Of a stretch of DNA of 64,000 bases, positions 27,350 through 39,840 are shown in pieces; position 1 is the first letter of the stretch; every line of letters starts with the position of its first letter. The translations under genes were made by a program, and so were the position numbers. The notes under the pieces are model-generated. The model did not search any database. It was not told the DNA's origin and saw only the letters and a list, made by a program, of their open reading frames with translations. This DNA comes from Leucoraja ocellata (lineage: Eukaryota): positions 62,001 through 126,000 of the forward strand of contig JAWMAR010000709.1 of NCBI GenBank assembly GCA_036785375.1, written 5' to 3'.

Positions 27350-27850
27350 CATGTACTGACCCCCTATTCCCATCCATCCTGCACTTCTCCTCCATTCATC
27401 CTGCACTGGTCCCCTCATTCATCCTGCACTGGTCCCCTCATTCATCCTGTACTGATCCCCTCATTCATCCGATATTGATCTCCCCATTCATCTTTTACTG
27501 ATCCCCTCCATTCATCTTGTACGGATCCCCTCATTCAACCTGTACTAATCCACCCATTCAACCTGCACTAATCCACTCATTCATCCGATACTGATCCCCT
27601 CATTCATCCTGTACTGATCACCATTCATCCTGTACTGATTCCCTCATTCATCCTGTACTGATCCACCATTCATCTTTTACTGATCCCCCATTCATCTTTT
27701 ACTGATCCCGCCATTCATCCTGTACTGATCCCCTCATTCATCCTGTAGTGATCCCCCATTCATCCTGCACTGACCCTCTGATCCACACTGTACTGACCCC
27801 CCCACCCCCCCATTCATCCTGTACTGATCCCCCCCATCCATTCCGTATTG
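27350..27850. repeat. ~21-22-bp minisatellite (cccctcattcatcctgtactgat)
   Basis: About 20 degenerate tandem units visible. Confidence 0.9.
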
Positions 27851-28631
27851 ATCCCCCCCCAATCCCCCGTGCTCTCCCCTCACAATTTTACATACTCCAA
27901 CACATACTAATTTACCTGACTCAATCCATCCATTCCGGGCCGATTGCCTTCTCAACCCTCCCCCCCCCCCCCCCGTTATCTATCCACCCTGCACTGATTC
28001 ACACACATACTCCCCCCCTCCCCTTCCCTGACCCTATTGGGCTGGAAATGTCTTCAGAGCGAACATTGACTATGTTTGATAACGGAATGCAATCAAATAT
28101 GTTTTAATTCCAAATGTTATTATTTGTTTTAGTCCATAAAGATGGATTAATTAAATTGTTAACACATGAAACATTAAAACCGCAGTGTTCGATTGCTACC
28201 GTTGACACGATGTTACAGGATTCATTTTAACGGCAAATCAATGCTCTTAATATGGAGTATGAGTACTGTAGTTATTTAATGAGCAACATTCACAACTGTA
28301 CGTTGGATTTATCCAGGTTTTACTTCTACAGTCGGTCATATATTTGGTCAGGAGATACTTCAGTTGAAATTTTAACGTTAATTCTGAAGTGGGAACGATG
28401 GAAATAGCGTTTATCAATATATATATTTTTTAAATCTGATGCGTCTAAACTGGGTATCTTCATTGTTGTTCACAACACGTACATCTAATCTGAATGTCCG
28501 GTAAGGTGGTGTTTTGACACCTTTAAACATGTTACCAAAAGAACATTTGGCCAGTTATGTCCTTTGGCCATCTCTTGTCAGTTAGTGTAATGTTTAGCCC
28601 ATCAGATGGGCACAGTCGGTTTTAACAGCTA

Positions 28632-29147
28632 CTAGACCAATGGCAGTCCCGTTGGGTCTGCTCCCCCAACGCAGCCGTTCCCTACCCGCAGCCCCCACGG
28701 GAGACGTGGCCCTCGAACAGAAGCCGTTCTTGAAAGGCCAAATTAAATGGCGTCTCTTGAGGTTGAAATGCGGGCGCCAGCAGCCGTTATGGTCGCTGGC
28801 CAGCAGGAGGCGACAAAATGAGTGAGTGGGGGGGAGAAGGATTTGATTAAAAACGTGTACTTAAAGGCGACGAAATGTAATGAGCAGCAGATACTTAGAA
28901 AGAAAAGCGAAATCTCCACCGAAATGAAAAAGACCTGGGAGATTGAGCGTCTGGATTCGGTGTGGCAGTGAATCAAAGGAAGAAAGTAAAAGGTTCCATT
29001 CCGATTGGACATCTGCGAGCATCGGCCATTCCGATTGTACATCTGCGAGCATCGGCCGTTCCGATTGGACATCTGCGAGTATTGGGCACGAATCAAAAGG
29101 CAGAAAGACAGCCAGTCGTCAGGCACAGAGCTTTATAGATATATAGA
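28632..29147 (-). mobile_element. Non-autonomous Helitron
   Basis: Minus strand starts A|TC and ends CTAG|T, with a subterminal hairpin gcagaccc-aac-gggactgc shortly before CTAG. No TSD. Internal 30-bp tandem x~2.8 (28996-29079). Confidence 0.75.
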
Positions 29148-29801
29148 TTATCATAAAATGCCTTTAGAAATTTCCTTGCAACCTGATTATTTTGTTATGG
29201 ATAAATTATGTGGGAAGTGAGAGTGTTTCTGTACCAATAACAATAATGACCCGTGCTACGGCCATGTCATGGTAATTTTCGGTCCTTCACAGAAAACATG
29301 CTTGCATCAATCTGTAGTGTGCATGGTTAAGCATATATGTTACCATGGTCCAGGATTTATTGACACAGGTTGATCATACGCTGAATAATCCAACCACATT
29401 TTTGTTTGGAAGTGGAAAGAACTAATAGAAATTGCATTAATTGCAATGTGTAAAAAGAGTTGAGATACTGTATTATAATTTTGCTGCATGTCATTGTGGT
29501 ATATATCATGCCTCGATTGGTGAATATGTTTAGTTTGTGACTTTATTTGAAGCAGAAATAATATGTGAATGCTTCATTGAGCATAATTCTGACTGGTAAC
29601 TACACACTTCGTCCGAGCACATTATCGCATGTGTCATGCAAACAGTCTTAAATGACCACCTAAACTATCATTTGGCAACCTAAAAAGCTGCCAAGGTTGC
29701 CCGGCTGGCAACAGGGAAAAAAAGTTAAGTGAGAGCCCTGGATGGTGGTCAAATTTAGTTAGTACCACTATACTTTTTGTCTTCTAAACACTCTGAAACG
29801 C

Positions 29802-31566
29802 AAAAAGAAGAAAAAAGCAAGCACAGACTTCTATAAAGATCCCTTTAAGTTTGTAAGGCATTTTCACAAAAGAGAAAAGTGAATCCCTGAAAGCGTCAAA
29901 AAAGGAGGTTGAAGGACACATCAGAACCATCCCCACTGATGAGCTAAAAGATGAACTGATACTTGTCCCCGCTGACATCAACAAGACCTTGCTCCAGGAA
30001 AACTCAAGCTGTGGTGCTTCCAGTATGGCATACTACCAAGACTCATGTGGCCTTTAACTGTGTATGAAATCCCCATCAACAGAGTGGAAAAGCTGAAAAG
30101 AATGATCAGCACACATGTGAAACAGCGGCTTGGACTTCCACGATGTTTAAGTCTTGTCGGACTGTACAGGAGTGGCAAACTGAAATTAGCCATTGTAGGT
30201 CTTGTGGAAGAATTCAAATGCACTAAAGCAAGGTTGCTCATGACCATTATTGAATCTGAAGATATTGTTATTCGAACAGCGCACCCCCCATGTGGCAACA
30301 GGGAGGATTTGGATCCCATCTAAAGCCGTTCAGAGTGCAAAGTATGCTCTTCATTTCTGGTATGTGGTTGGCCAAGTACAACATGGGAGAGCCAGGCTCA
30401 GGCTTGTACCAAAAGCTCCTCAATGGCACAAGGCGTCATCCGTGCAGAAGAGACGGCTCGTGGTGGAGGATGTGTGAAGACAGGAGGCAGAGCGGCAAGC
30501 CAAGGCCGTCTCAATGGCCAGGCAGGGCCAATGGATTAACTGGGAGAGCCTGGAAAAGAGGAAACTCAGCTGGCGTGACATTGGCAAATGGAGGGATCTC
30601 GGCTAAGTTTTGTCATCAGAGCCACTTATGACATTCTATCTTCACCACAGAACCTGAAGCAGTGGTTCAGAGAAGACCCCTCTTGCTCCCTTTGCCAAGC
30701 ACCTGCATCACCAAGGCACATTTTAACAAGATGCACTAAGATCCTTGCCAAAGAGCATTACACTTGGCAGCATAACCAAGTTCTCAGACAGTTGGCATCA
30801 ATCCTGGAAGAGGCGAACTTCACAAATGCTTCCCCACAAACATCAGCAGGAAATGTTCATTTCACAACATTTGTACCAGCAGGCTAACCTCCAGAGCACC
30901 AGATAACATCAAAGGATGCAAGCATACTGCAGCCTGCTCGGGATTGGAAAATGGACGTGGACTTGGAAAAAAAGTGTGTTTCCCCCAGATATTGTGGCTA
31001 CAACACTCTGGCCAGACATGGTCCTGTGGTCCACAATGGCCAAGTTGGCATACGTTGTGGAATTGAAGGTGTTGAAGAAGCTTGTGACAGGAAAAAGACC
31101 AAGTACTCTGAACTTGCAACTGAAGCTGCCCAGGATGGCTGGAAGACCAAGATTTCCCCTGCAGAAATGAGGGTGCAGGGGATTTGTTGCTACATCTACG
31201 ACCAGTCAATTGAAGAAAATGGGGGCGACGGGTCGCTCACACCACCAAGCAATCGTCATTGTCAAATTCAGAAGAAAAAAGCAGCAATTGGCTTTGGATT
31301 AAAAGGAAAGACAACAATTGGGATGCATGTTGAAGACAGGAGGGTATGGAACTGAGGGGGGTGTTCCATACCCTCCTATCACCATTGAGCCCTCTGGAGA
31401 CGTTGTGGGCTTATCAATGAAACGTCAAAGAAGGAGGATGCCCAACTGATGACCCCAATGACGTACCTACCCTACCTTTCCCAATCCTACACTCCAATCC
31501 CATAGCCAATATCAAGAGTACTGACTTACTACATGAATTGGAACATCAAGTCCTATTAGCTCTACA
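29802..31566 (+). mobile_element. HERO-clade (R2-like, restriction-like endonuclease) non-LTR retrotransposon, RT domain deleted
   Basis: FYKDPFKFV pre-RT motif joined to KLWCFQYGILPRLMWPL..YEIP; CCHC finger CSLCQ..HILTRC; PDMVLWS...VVELKV RLE motif. Several frameshifts and stops. Confidence 0.8.
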
Positions 31567-31599
31567 TTGCCCACTCAGCTTTATTCAGATAGCACTTAA

Positions 31600-33136
31600 T
31601 ATAATAATATAATAATAATAATAATAAAAGCTTTATTTCAGACACAGGTTCATATAACACATCATACAGTATAAGGAGATACAAAAAATACATTAAAAAT
31701 TGCATATTAGCCTATAAGATATACAAGCTATTGCACCAATGCCATCTTAGCCTAGAAGTGAATCTATAGCAGCTTTTCAGAGGGCTGACTAGGGCTTCAA
31801 TTATGTGGTTCTCTGACTTGTCCAGGCAACACATATAACTAAACATCAGCTGTCTTAAGAGTGCCTCACAGGTTGGCACTCTAGTGGACACAAACAATTG
31901 ACTGGCACTATGCCACCTAGGGACACGAAGTAGCAACCTCATTGCATCATTGTATGCTACCTTGAGCCTCTGCATACTCTTTTTCTTAGTTCGACCACAA
32001 TTGAGCAGTATATAACGGTGTGATATAGGTTCTGAACAAGGAACACTTCACAGTCAGAGCACATAGAAAACTTCCTTATAAGTATGTTAGCTTGAAAATA
32101 AATTTTACAGCGCTGTCGGTAGAGGTCTTTGTCATCCGTCCAGTCATCGGATATGACATGACCTAGGTATTTAATTTCCTCACACACAGCAAGAGGACTG
32201 TCTGACAAATAAAAGGTCGAAAAAGTTGATTTCCTGTCCTCAGCGCTTCTAACTATCATTATGCGGCTTTTCTCAGCATTATACTTTATGTCATAATCAA
32301 GGCCATACTGAGAGCACACCTTCAACATCTGCTGCAGCCCAGCACTATATGGACAGAGCAGGACCAGGTCGTCTGCATACATAAGATGATTAATAATAGT
32401 GTTGCCCACAAGACAGCCAGTTTTTAACCTATTTAACTGATTTGATAATTCATCCATATAAACATTAAATAAAATAGGAGACAAAATTCCTCCTTGCCGC
32501 TCTCCGTTACTAACACAGAATGGAGCAGATACAACATTGTCCCATTTAACCTGAAACGTTTGATGGGCATACCAAAACACTAAAATTCTCACAAAAAATT
32601 TAGGGGCACCTCTATCTAGTAATTTTACAAACAATTGTTCATGATTAATTCTATCAAATGCCTTGGACGCATCAATAAAACATAGGAATACAGATGAATT
32701 CAGGCTTGTGTACCTGAACACAATCTCTTTAAGAGCATAGATACACTGGTCAGTTCCATGTTTTCTTTTGAACCCAAACTGATTGTCAGTAGTAAGGACA
32801 TACATTTCTAGCTTTGTTAGCAGTATTCTCTCCAGTATTTTAGACAAGATACTGGCTAATGCAATAGGTCGATAATTGTCAATACTGTTGAGCTTACCAG
32901 TCTTGTCTTTAAGCACAGGCACTAACATTACAGACATAATAACATTTGGCAGGAAACCATGAACCAGACAACCATTAAATCACATGGAAAGCAAAGGGCA
33001 GAGCTTATAGCTGGCATATTTTAGATGTTCTGCAGTAATGCAGTCCATACCGCAGGCTTTGTTGTTATCCAACATGTTAATGGCATCATAGACATCTGCT
33101 GCCCTAACTATCATATCTGCTGAGAGATCAATATGT
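31600..33136 (-). mobile_element. 5'-truncated RTE-X-like LINE
   Basis: 326-aa RT ORF (NYRPIAL, QFGFK, DASKAFD, QGGILSP, YADDLVLL), (att)n tail after aataaa, and acttaa TSD (31594-31599 / 33137-33142). The LINE call is firm; the clade is less so. Confidence 0.82.
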
Positions 33137-34810
33137 ACTTAAAAATGAATGTGTATTCTTAACAATATAGAGTGGAGGGAATCAGAAGTAAATAATCCCT
33201 TGCTTTAAAGGACATTTGAACATATTAACATTCATGAAAATATATCATCCCAAAATAATGGCACAGACTTTGCAGTGAGCAGCAAACACTGCAAGTTCAA
33301 TGCTGAAGCCAGTAAAATAATTGCAATTTCATTTAGCTTTCCTCCCAGCACATAATCAGAAAAACACTGGAAGGTTCATCGTCAATTAGGTCTTGTGCAT
33401 TGTCGCATTATTCAGATTTTACAGGGGTATCGCATAAGGTAGGCAAAACTAGCCCCATACAGAAAAATCTGAAAATATTGATGGTGGGCAAATTTAGTTA
33501 GAACCATTATACATTTTGTCTTCTAAACACTCTGAAATGCTCCTGAATATCTCAAAATCATCCAACAATATTTGGTAACATATTAAAAGCTTGAAAACTG
33601 TCTAAAAGGAGCATGTGATTTGGTGCCTTGGTGGATAAGTTTAATGGGAGTGTTGGAACTAGGTTATAAAGGAGCAGATTTTGATTCTGTAATGCTAGCA
33701 GAGCAAGCAAATAAAAGGGCTAGTCATCCAGGTATGTGCACTAACTATCCACAGATCCAAATTAAACTCCAGCAGCTATGGAATTTAAATTCATATAGTA
33801 ACTTAGAAAAACTTGTCTTTGACGATTAGCACAAAACTGTCGTATTGTTATAAAACAAATTTGATTCAGTAATATCCATTCAGGGACAAAATTTGTCATC
33901 CTTACTTAGTCTGTACAATATATGACTCCAGACCCATGTCATGTGGTTGGCTCTTAAATGGCCTCTGAAAAGATCTAGGAAGTCTTTGTTCACGGATACA
34001 TTCAGATCCACAGGTACAGGGAAAGCACCACACACAGATTCCCCTTCAATTTACAGCTCTAATATGAAAATCCATTGCCAATCTTTTCTTGCTAGATTTT
34101 CAGCGCTGTCATTTAACTAAATTTTGGAACGCTCTAGTCCACAGCAAAGTTGAAGCACTCTGCACAACTGCAGCGGTTCAACAAAACACCTCATCCAGTC
34201 TTCTGAAAGGCAAATACAAATGGGCAATAAATGACACCCAGTTCCCAAATCAATTAATTTTAAAAAGGGGAAGAAATGAATACCAACAATAGACTAACTT
34301 AAGTAGGTGATTTACAAGTTAGACCGGAGGAAGACTTCTATTTTTTGAACAATTCCATTAATGGTGTTGCATCCCCTTTCTCGCCATCCCTCCCCCACCT
34401 TAGTCGTACCAGCTTCAAAGTCGTCTTGAGTCTCATTGCCTGTACTCGTTTTCACCTAGCACACAGTTAACAATGACCTGTTTCCTTTATCATGGTTATG
34501 TTTTTACATATCGTTCATTCATTTGTTCTATATCTCTCATTTCCCTTTTCCCTGACTCTCAGTCTGAAGAAGGGTCTCAACCCGGAACATCACCTGTTCC
34601 TTTTCTCCAGAGATGCTGTCTGAACTGCTGAGTTACTCCAGATGTGTGTGTCTATCTTTACTTTATCAGCACGTACATTTATCTGTTGTGTCTTCTTCAT
34701 TAACTTGCTTAGTTACTTTAACAAAATAATTTGTTCCAATTAATCAGATATCTTACAGGCTTTTCAAAATTAATTGTAATAATCCGATTATGCACTGTAA
34801 ATCAGCAAAC

Positions 34811-35020
34811 CTGTTTGTCTTCAGGCTGGAGTTTGCTCCATTCACTGCCCAATGTCTTGATGATTTCTTGAAAAGGTAGATCTGGTTGCTGTGCACGCAG
34901 TTGTTCACGACGCTCATTCAGGAACCGCATGTAGCCTGTAAGTGGAGCTTTGGGACCATTGGGTACGTTTTTTTGGCGCTTTTTGCCCTTTGGCCGGCCT
35001 CTTTTCTTGGTCACACGCTG
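34811..35020 (-). CDS. HMG20B: HMG20B-like exon encoding basic region and first part of the HMG box
   Basis: [70 protein letters not shown] closely follows HMG20B ([36 protein letters not shown]). tag/cag NAGNAG acceptor, gt donor, phase 0-0. Confidence 0.93.
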
Positions 35021-36765
35021 CTAATGTAAATGTAAAAAATTGAACAACCAGTTTCAAATCTGGAGTTAAATGCGGACATCACCAAACGGTACAACAAGAT
35101 CAAACAATTCACCAGTGCTTTATTTTTGTTTTAAAAGCAACATGATCAAACAATTCATCACTTGAACAATTATAATAACAGCACATTTTCAATCAGTTTT
35201 CAGTATGATAACTAAATTTTACTGGCATTCCTTGTTTATTTTTCCCACATTGATAACATTAAGCACTAAAGATCATATAAAGAATGGTAATTTGCCCAGT
35301 GAGCACTGTCCCAATGGGTCCATTTTCTGAACACCCCGAAAAGAGAACATTTCCCCTCCTGGTGCCCATTGTGAGTGAAACACACAATTTGGAATCCAAC
35401 TTTCAAATCTGTGATTCACGCAATCAGCATTTAAACTTTCTAAACTCCACTTTACATATCACTGGCAAGTCAGAGAGAGAAAACCCTCATTCCAAAATCT
35501 CCCAAATATTGTAGACAACAGCATTTTTGTTTAGTATACATTTGGCATTCTATCAAATCTCCTCACTGTGCAATATAATACTTTCATGTTAAGCCATCAT
35601 CCTCCCTGAAATGATAAATCCCGATTAAAATCTGACGGAACTGCTTCTGGAATGATGAGCTTTCACTGCATCAGTTCATACCAAATTAAGAAAAAATTTA
35701 CAACATACAGTGCAATCCTAAATCCTGGTTGATTGTTTAAATGTGTTCCAGTGTATGAAATATACATAAACACATTATGGCTGAAGTCTCTCAATAAGAC
35801 CCAGGATCCGAGCCATTATGTCTATTCACCTACATGAAACTAAACCATCGCCTGTCTCAACCAATTAGTAAATCTAGGGATGGATGGGTAGAACTGTCTC
35901 CAAAATATGATCCTCAACCATTGAAGAGGATTCATCCATGTTCCCTTGATTTAGAAATGAAAGAAAACATAGATTCATCCTCTTATTTTTCATATTGGAA
36001 ATATTTTGACAAAGGGAAAAGCTGAAGCAGAGATTAATGCATGCTTTATATGAACAAGTCACATGGTTGTGCAGCATAAAACAGGCTCTTAAGCTCAGAT
36101 CTATGCCAACGATCGTGCTTTTCTACACTAATCCCACTTGCTTGCAGTAATTCCATGCCCTGTCAAATTAAATGTAATGATTGTTCCTGCCTCCAGCACC
36201 ACCTCTGGCAGCTCATGCAAGGGACCAAATGCACAGAGAAAAAAAATAGCCCAGATTACATTTAAATCTTCTTCCAGATGGCTTTATGTCCTCCTATCAT
36301 TTCACCTCCCAGCCTTCTTCACTCCAGGGAAAACAATACCCCCATTATGACTCAAGCCTTCCATTTCAAGCAACATTCTTTTGAATCTTTTCCAACCTCT
36401 TGAGCTTAATTATGTCCCATGTGACAGGCATGTGTTATCAACTGACAGTACTGATAACTGAGCAGCTTGGACAATAATGTGCTCCTCCCAAGAAGATAGC
36501 AATTAACTATTCACATGCCTATCTGCTGCTTGGGAAAATCATGTATCAAGAATGGCTGGATGACAAGCAAAGCAAGTAGCATAGATCTAGTAATTAACAT
36601 TTACACAAAATAAATAATATTTTTGCCTGGATCTTTGTCGTTGTCAACTAAATGGTGGTTTTGTTTTGATCAAATGAAACTGGAAATCATTCATTAACAA
36701 AATCAACCCCTGAGAATTGGAAGATACATGGCAGATATAGGCAACTTTCAGATTACACTACTCAC

Positions 36766-36889
36766 TTCTTCATTTATCTTCTCAATGTGTTTTTCATTTT
36801 TCTGTGATCCATAGTATATATTATGACCTTTTGAAGTCTTACTCCCATCCTGTTTTTCTCCAGGTGGTGACCCCGGAGTACCCGAGCAT
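36766..36889 (-). CDS. HMG20B: HMG20-family gene, N-terminal coding exon (start-codon exon further upstream not identified)
   Basis: ctttatag acceptor and gtgagt donor. 124 nt, phase 2 to 0, open frame CSGTPGSPPGEKQDGSKTSKGHNIYYGSQKNEKHIEKINEE. It joins in frame to the HMG-box exon, matching the phase pattern of HMG20A/B. Confidence 0.7.
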
Positions 36890-37104
36890 CTATAAAGGCA
36901 ATACAACAGAAGTATTAGGATTCACATTCATTTACAATATAAAACACAGATACGATGTCACAAAAGTAACTGCATTGCCAAATCTTAATTGGGTCCACAA
37001 TAAATGTAAGAAAATAGTAAACATTATCAAACATAATATTAAAAATAGAATTTTACACAATCATTTTGTAAATAAAATATATTTCACATGGAATCCAAGA
37101 TGAG

Positions 37105-37690
37105 ATACCCATTGGATTTAAGACATCAAAGGGTAGATGTGGAGGTTTCTTTTCTGATTGGAGGTCCGAAACCAGTGGAGTTCCGCAGGAGTGGGTTCAC
37201 TGCTATTTGTTCCATACATTAACGATTTGGATGAAAATGTAGATAACCTTGCTAGTAAATTTGCAGATTACCCCCAATCTGGTAGCGAGGAAGGATTTCT
37301 AACTTTACAACAAATTGTAGATCTGTTGGAAAGATAGGCAAATGGAAAATGGAAAGAATGGCAAATGGAATTTTCAACTCTGAAATGTACAAGGCTTTGC
37401 ATTTTGATTTGTTAAACCAGGCCAGGACCTACACAGTAAATGGCAGAGCCCTGTGTTTCAGAACAGATATGTGAGTGCAGGTGCATGGTTCAAGTGGCAT
37501 CGTTCATGTTGGATGGATTGTGGAGCGAAGACAACGTTTGGCAGACTTGCCTTCATTGGGAAGAATATGTAGTTACAAAAGTTGGCACATCATGATGCAG
37601 CTGCACAAGTTATTACTGAGACTGCACTTGGAATACTATGTGGAATACTGAGAGCCCAACTACAGGAAGGATGTCATCGAGTTTGAACAT
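37105..37690 (+). mobile_element. Old CR1 RT fragment
   Basis: SGVPQ, INDLDENV..L.SKFAD, WQMEF and HLEYYV remnants. Confidence 0.75.
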
Positions 37691-37909
37691 TTGCAGAGAT
37701 CTAATACAGCTACACACCTTAAGGTGTGCTTATGTGCAATGACAATAAAATATATTATTATTATTATTATTATTATATTAAAGTTTAATCAGGCAACTAG
37801 GTTGACTATAGAAGGAATTATTACAGAGGCAACAAAAAACTTGCTCAGAGAAAGATTTGTGTGCACATTAAAGGAGAAAATCTTAATTCAGAAAATCGAT
37901 CCAATGTAG

Positions 37910-38090
37910 ACACTAAATGTTAACTCAGCAGGACAGGCAGCATCTCTGGAGAGAAGGAATGGCTGAAGAAGGGTCTCGACTTGAAACATCACCCATTCAT
38001 TCTCTCCAGAGATGCTGCCTGTTCTGCTGCTACTCCAGCATTTAGTGTCTATCTTTGGTGTAAACCATCATCTGCAATTCCTTCCTACAC
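37910..38090. mobile_element. Inverted Penelope-type terminal insertion with TSD
   Basis: Inverted arms around ctgaagaagggtctcgacttgaaac; flanking direct repeat aat(c/a)gatccaatgtag. Confidence 0.75.
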
Positions 38091-38140
38091 AATAGATCCA
38101 ATGTAGTTTTGTTAAGTAAGACAAACCAGTTGCACAATCA

Positions 38141-38805
38141 CAGTGCCCCCCATAATGTTTGGGACAAAGACCCATCATTTATTTATTTGATTCTGTATGC
38201 CACAATTTGAGATTTATACTAGAAAAAGTAACATGTCGTTAAAGTGCACATTGTCAGATTTTAATAAAGGCCATTTTTATACATTTTGGTTTCACTATGT
38301 AGAAATTACAGCAGTGTTTATACATAATCCCCCCCATTTCAGGGCACCATAATGTTCGAGACACTGGCGATCTTGGTGAAAGATCCCAGGCTCCGTGGTG
38401 TTTAAAGTCAGTGCCACCCGCAGACCACAGCTCCACGATGTTAAAGTCGGCAGGCCCAGCACTCCAGAGCTCCAACACGGCGACCCGGGGAAGGCATCGC
38501 CCCGCTCCGCGATGGTACATCAGTGCTGAAGCTGCAGCTCGAAGTTCTGGCCGATCTTCGACAGGAAAGGCCGCGCAAATCTGAATGGTAGGCCGTGAGG
38601 AGTAGGCAAAGATGCAGCACGGAGGAAGGATGCATCCTCGCCCAGGTAGGGACTGGAAAAAACGGTTTAACAAACTAACATTTTTTTTTTAAAAGGGTGA
38701 AGAACAAACAGCTGCAGGCGAGGCTGCCAAACTCTATGGCGCCACCACTCAAGAGAGTGGTGATGGGTCTTGATGGGTCTTTGTCCCAAACATTATGGAG
38801 GGCAC
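38141..38805. mobile_element. Tc1-derived non-autonomous element with internal insertion
   Basis: cagtgccccccataatgtttgggacaaagaccca ... tgggtctttgtcccaaacattatggagggcac; same TIR family as the right end at 22445. Confidence 0.8.
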
Positions 38806-39179
38806 CTTATGTAGTAAATGCTATAAACAGATCTGAACTATTACATACAACTGATGAACTAAAGTGCAAGATTTCAGAAGTAATTGTCCTGACATTTTCA
38901 TGTTAAAAATTGATCTTACCCAGACTCTGGTGTACAATCCATCATTGGCAATCATGTGACCAAAATTAGAGAGTCGAGTTTGCAGAGAGAGCCTGAATGG
39001 AGAAATATAAAAGCTGTATTAATATCTGAAATCTATGGCTCCTCACAATGTTATTATGACATTCAAACATAACCAAGTTTGACAAATTATTCTATATTAG
39101 AGGGGAAAAAAGACTTGCTGGAGAAAATCAATGGGTTAGGCTGCAGCAGTGAAAGGAAATTGACAGGACCCTACTTCAG

Positions 39180-39840
39180 ATCCAGGCCACATCAAAGCAA
39201 CAGCCAAGAAAGCACACAAATGCCTCAACTTCCATCAAAGGCTTAGGAAGTTTGGCATGTCCCCAATGACCCTCACCAACTTATACAGATGTGCCATAGA
39301 AAGCATTTTATCAGTTTGCATCAGGGTATGGTTTGCGAACACCTCCATTCAAGACCACAAGAAATTAGCATTGTGGACGTAGCCCAGACCATCACACAAA
39401 CTAACCTTCCTTTCATTGACTTCATCTACACATCTACACTTTGCCTCGGCAAGGCCACAAGCACAATCAAGGACCAGTCTCACCCCAGTCACTCCATCTT
39501 CTCCTGTCTCCCATCAGGCAAGAGGTACAGATGTTTGAAAACGGAATACCTCCTGAATCAGGGATAGTTTATTTCCAGTTGTTATCAGGCAACAACCATC
39601 CTCTCACCAGAAAGAGAGCGGTCCTGACCTTCCATCTACCTAATTGTAGACCTTCAAACTATCTTTAATCAGACTCCATTAGACATTATCTTGCACTAAA
39701 TGTTATACCCTTTACCCTCTATCTGTACACTGTGGGCAGCTTGATTGTAATCATGTATCGTCTCTTCATTTATTGAAAAACAAAAACAAAAAGCTTTTCA
39801 TTGTACCTTGGTACACATTACAATAATGAACTAAACTAAA
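39180..39840 (+). mobile_element. Rex1-clade LINE 3' fragment
   Basis: LPSGKRYRCLK motif, homology to 49432-49905, and (actaa)n tail. Confidence 0.8.

Larger units (their letters stand above)
26520..29740. mobile_element. Non-autonomous hAT-type transposon with nested insertions
   Basis: TIR cagggctcgaaattaac / gttaagtgagagccctg, gatgg duplicated on both sides, and the empty site visible in the paralogous copy at ~33473-33495. Confidence 0.85.

Noticed and set aside
26582-27359. GC-rich ORFs suggesting a gene or CpG island
   Set aside because: They lie inside the hAT element and its low-complexity flanks.
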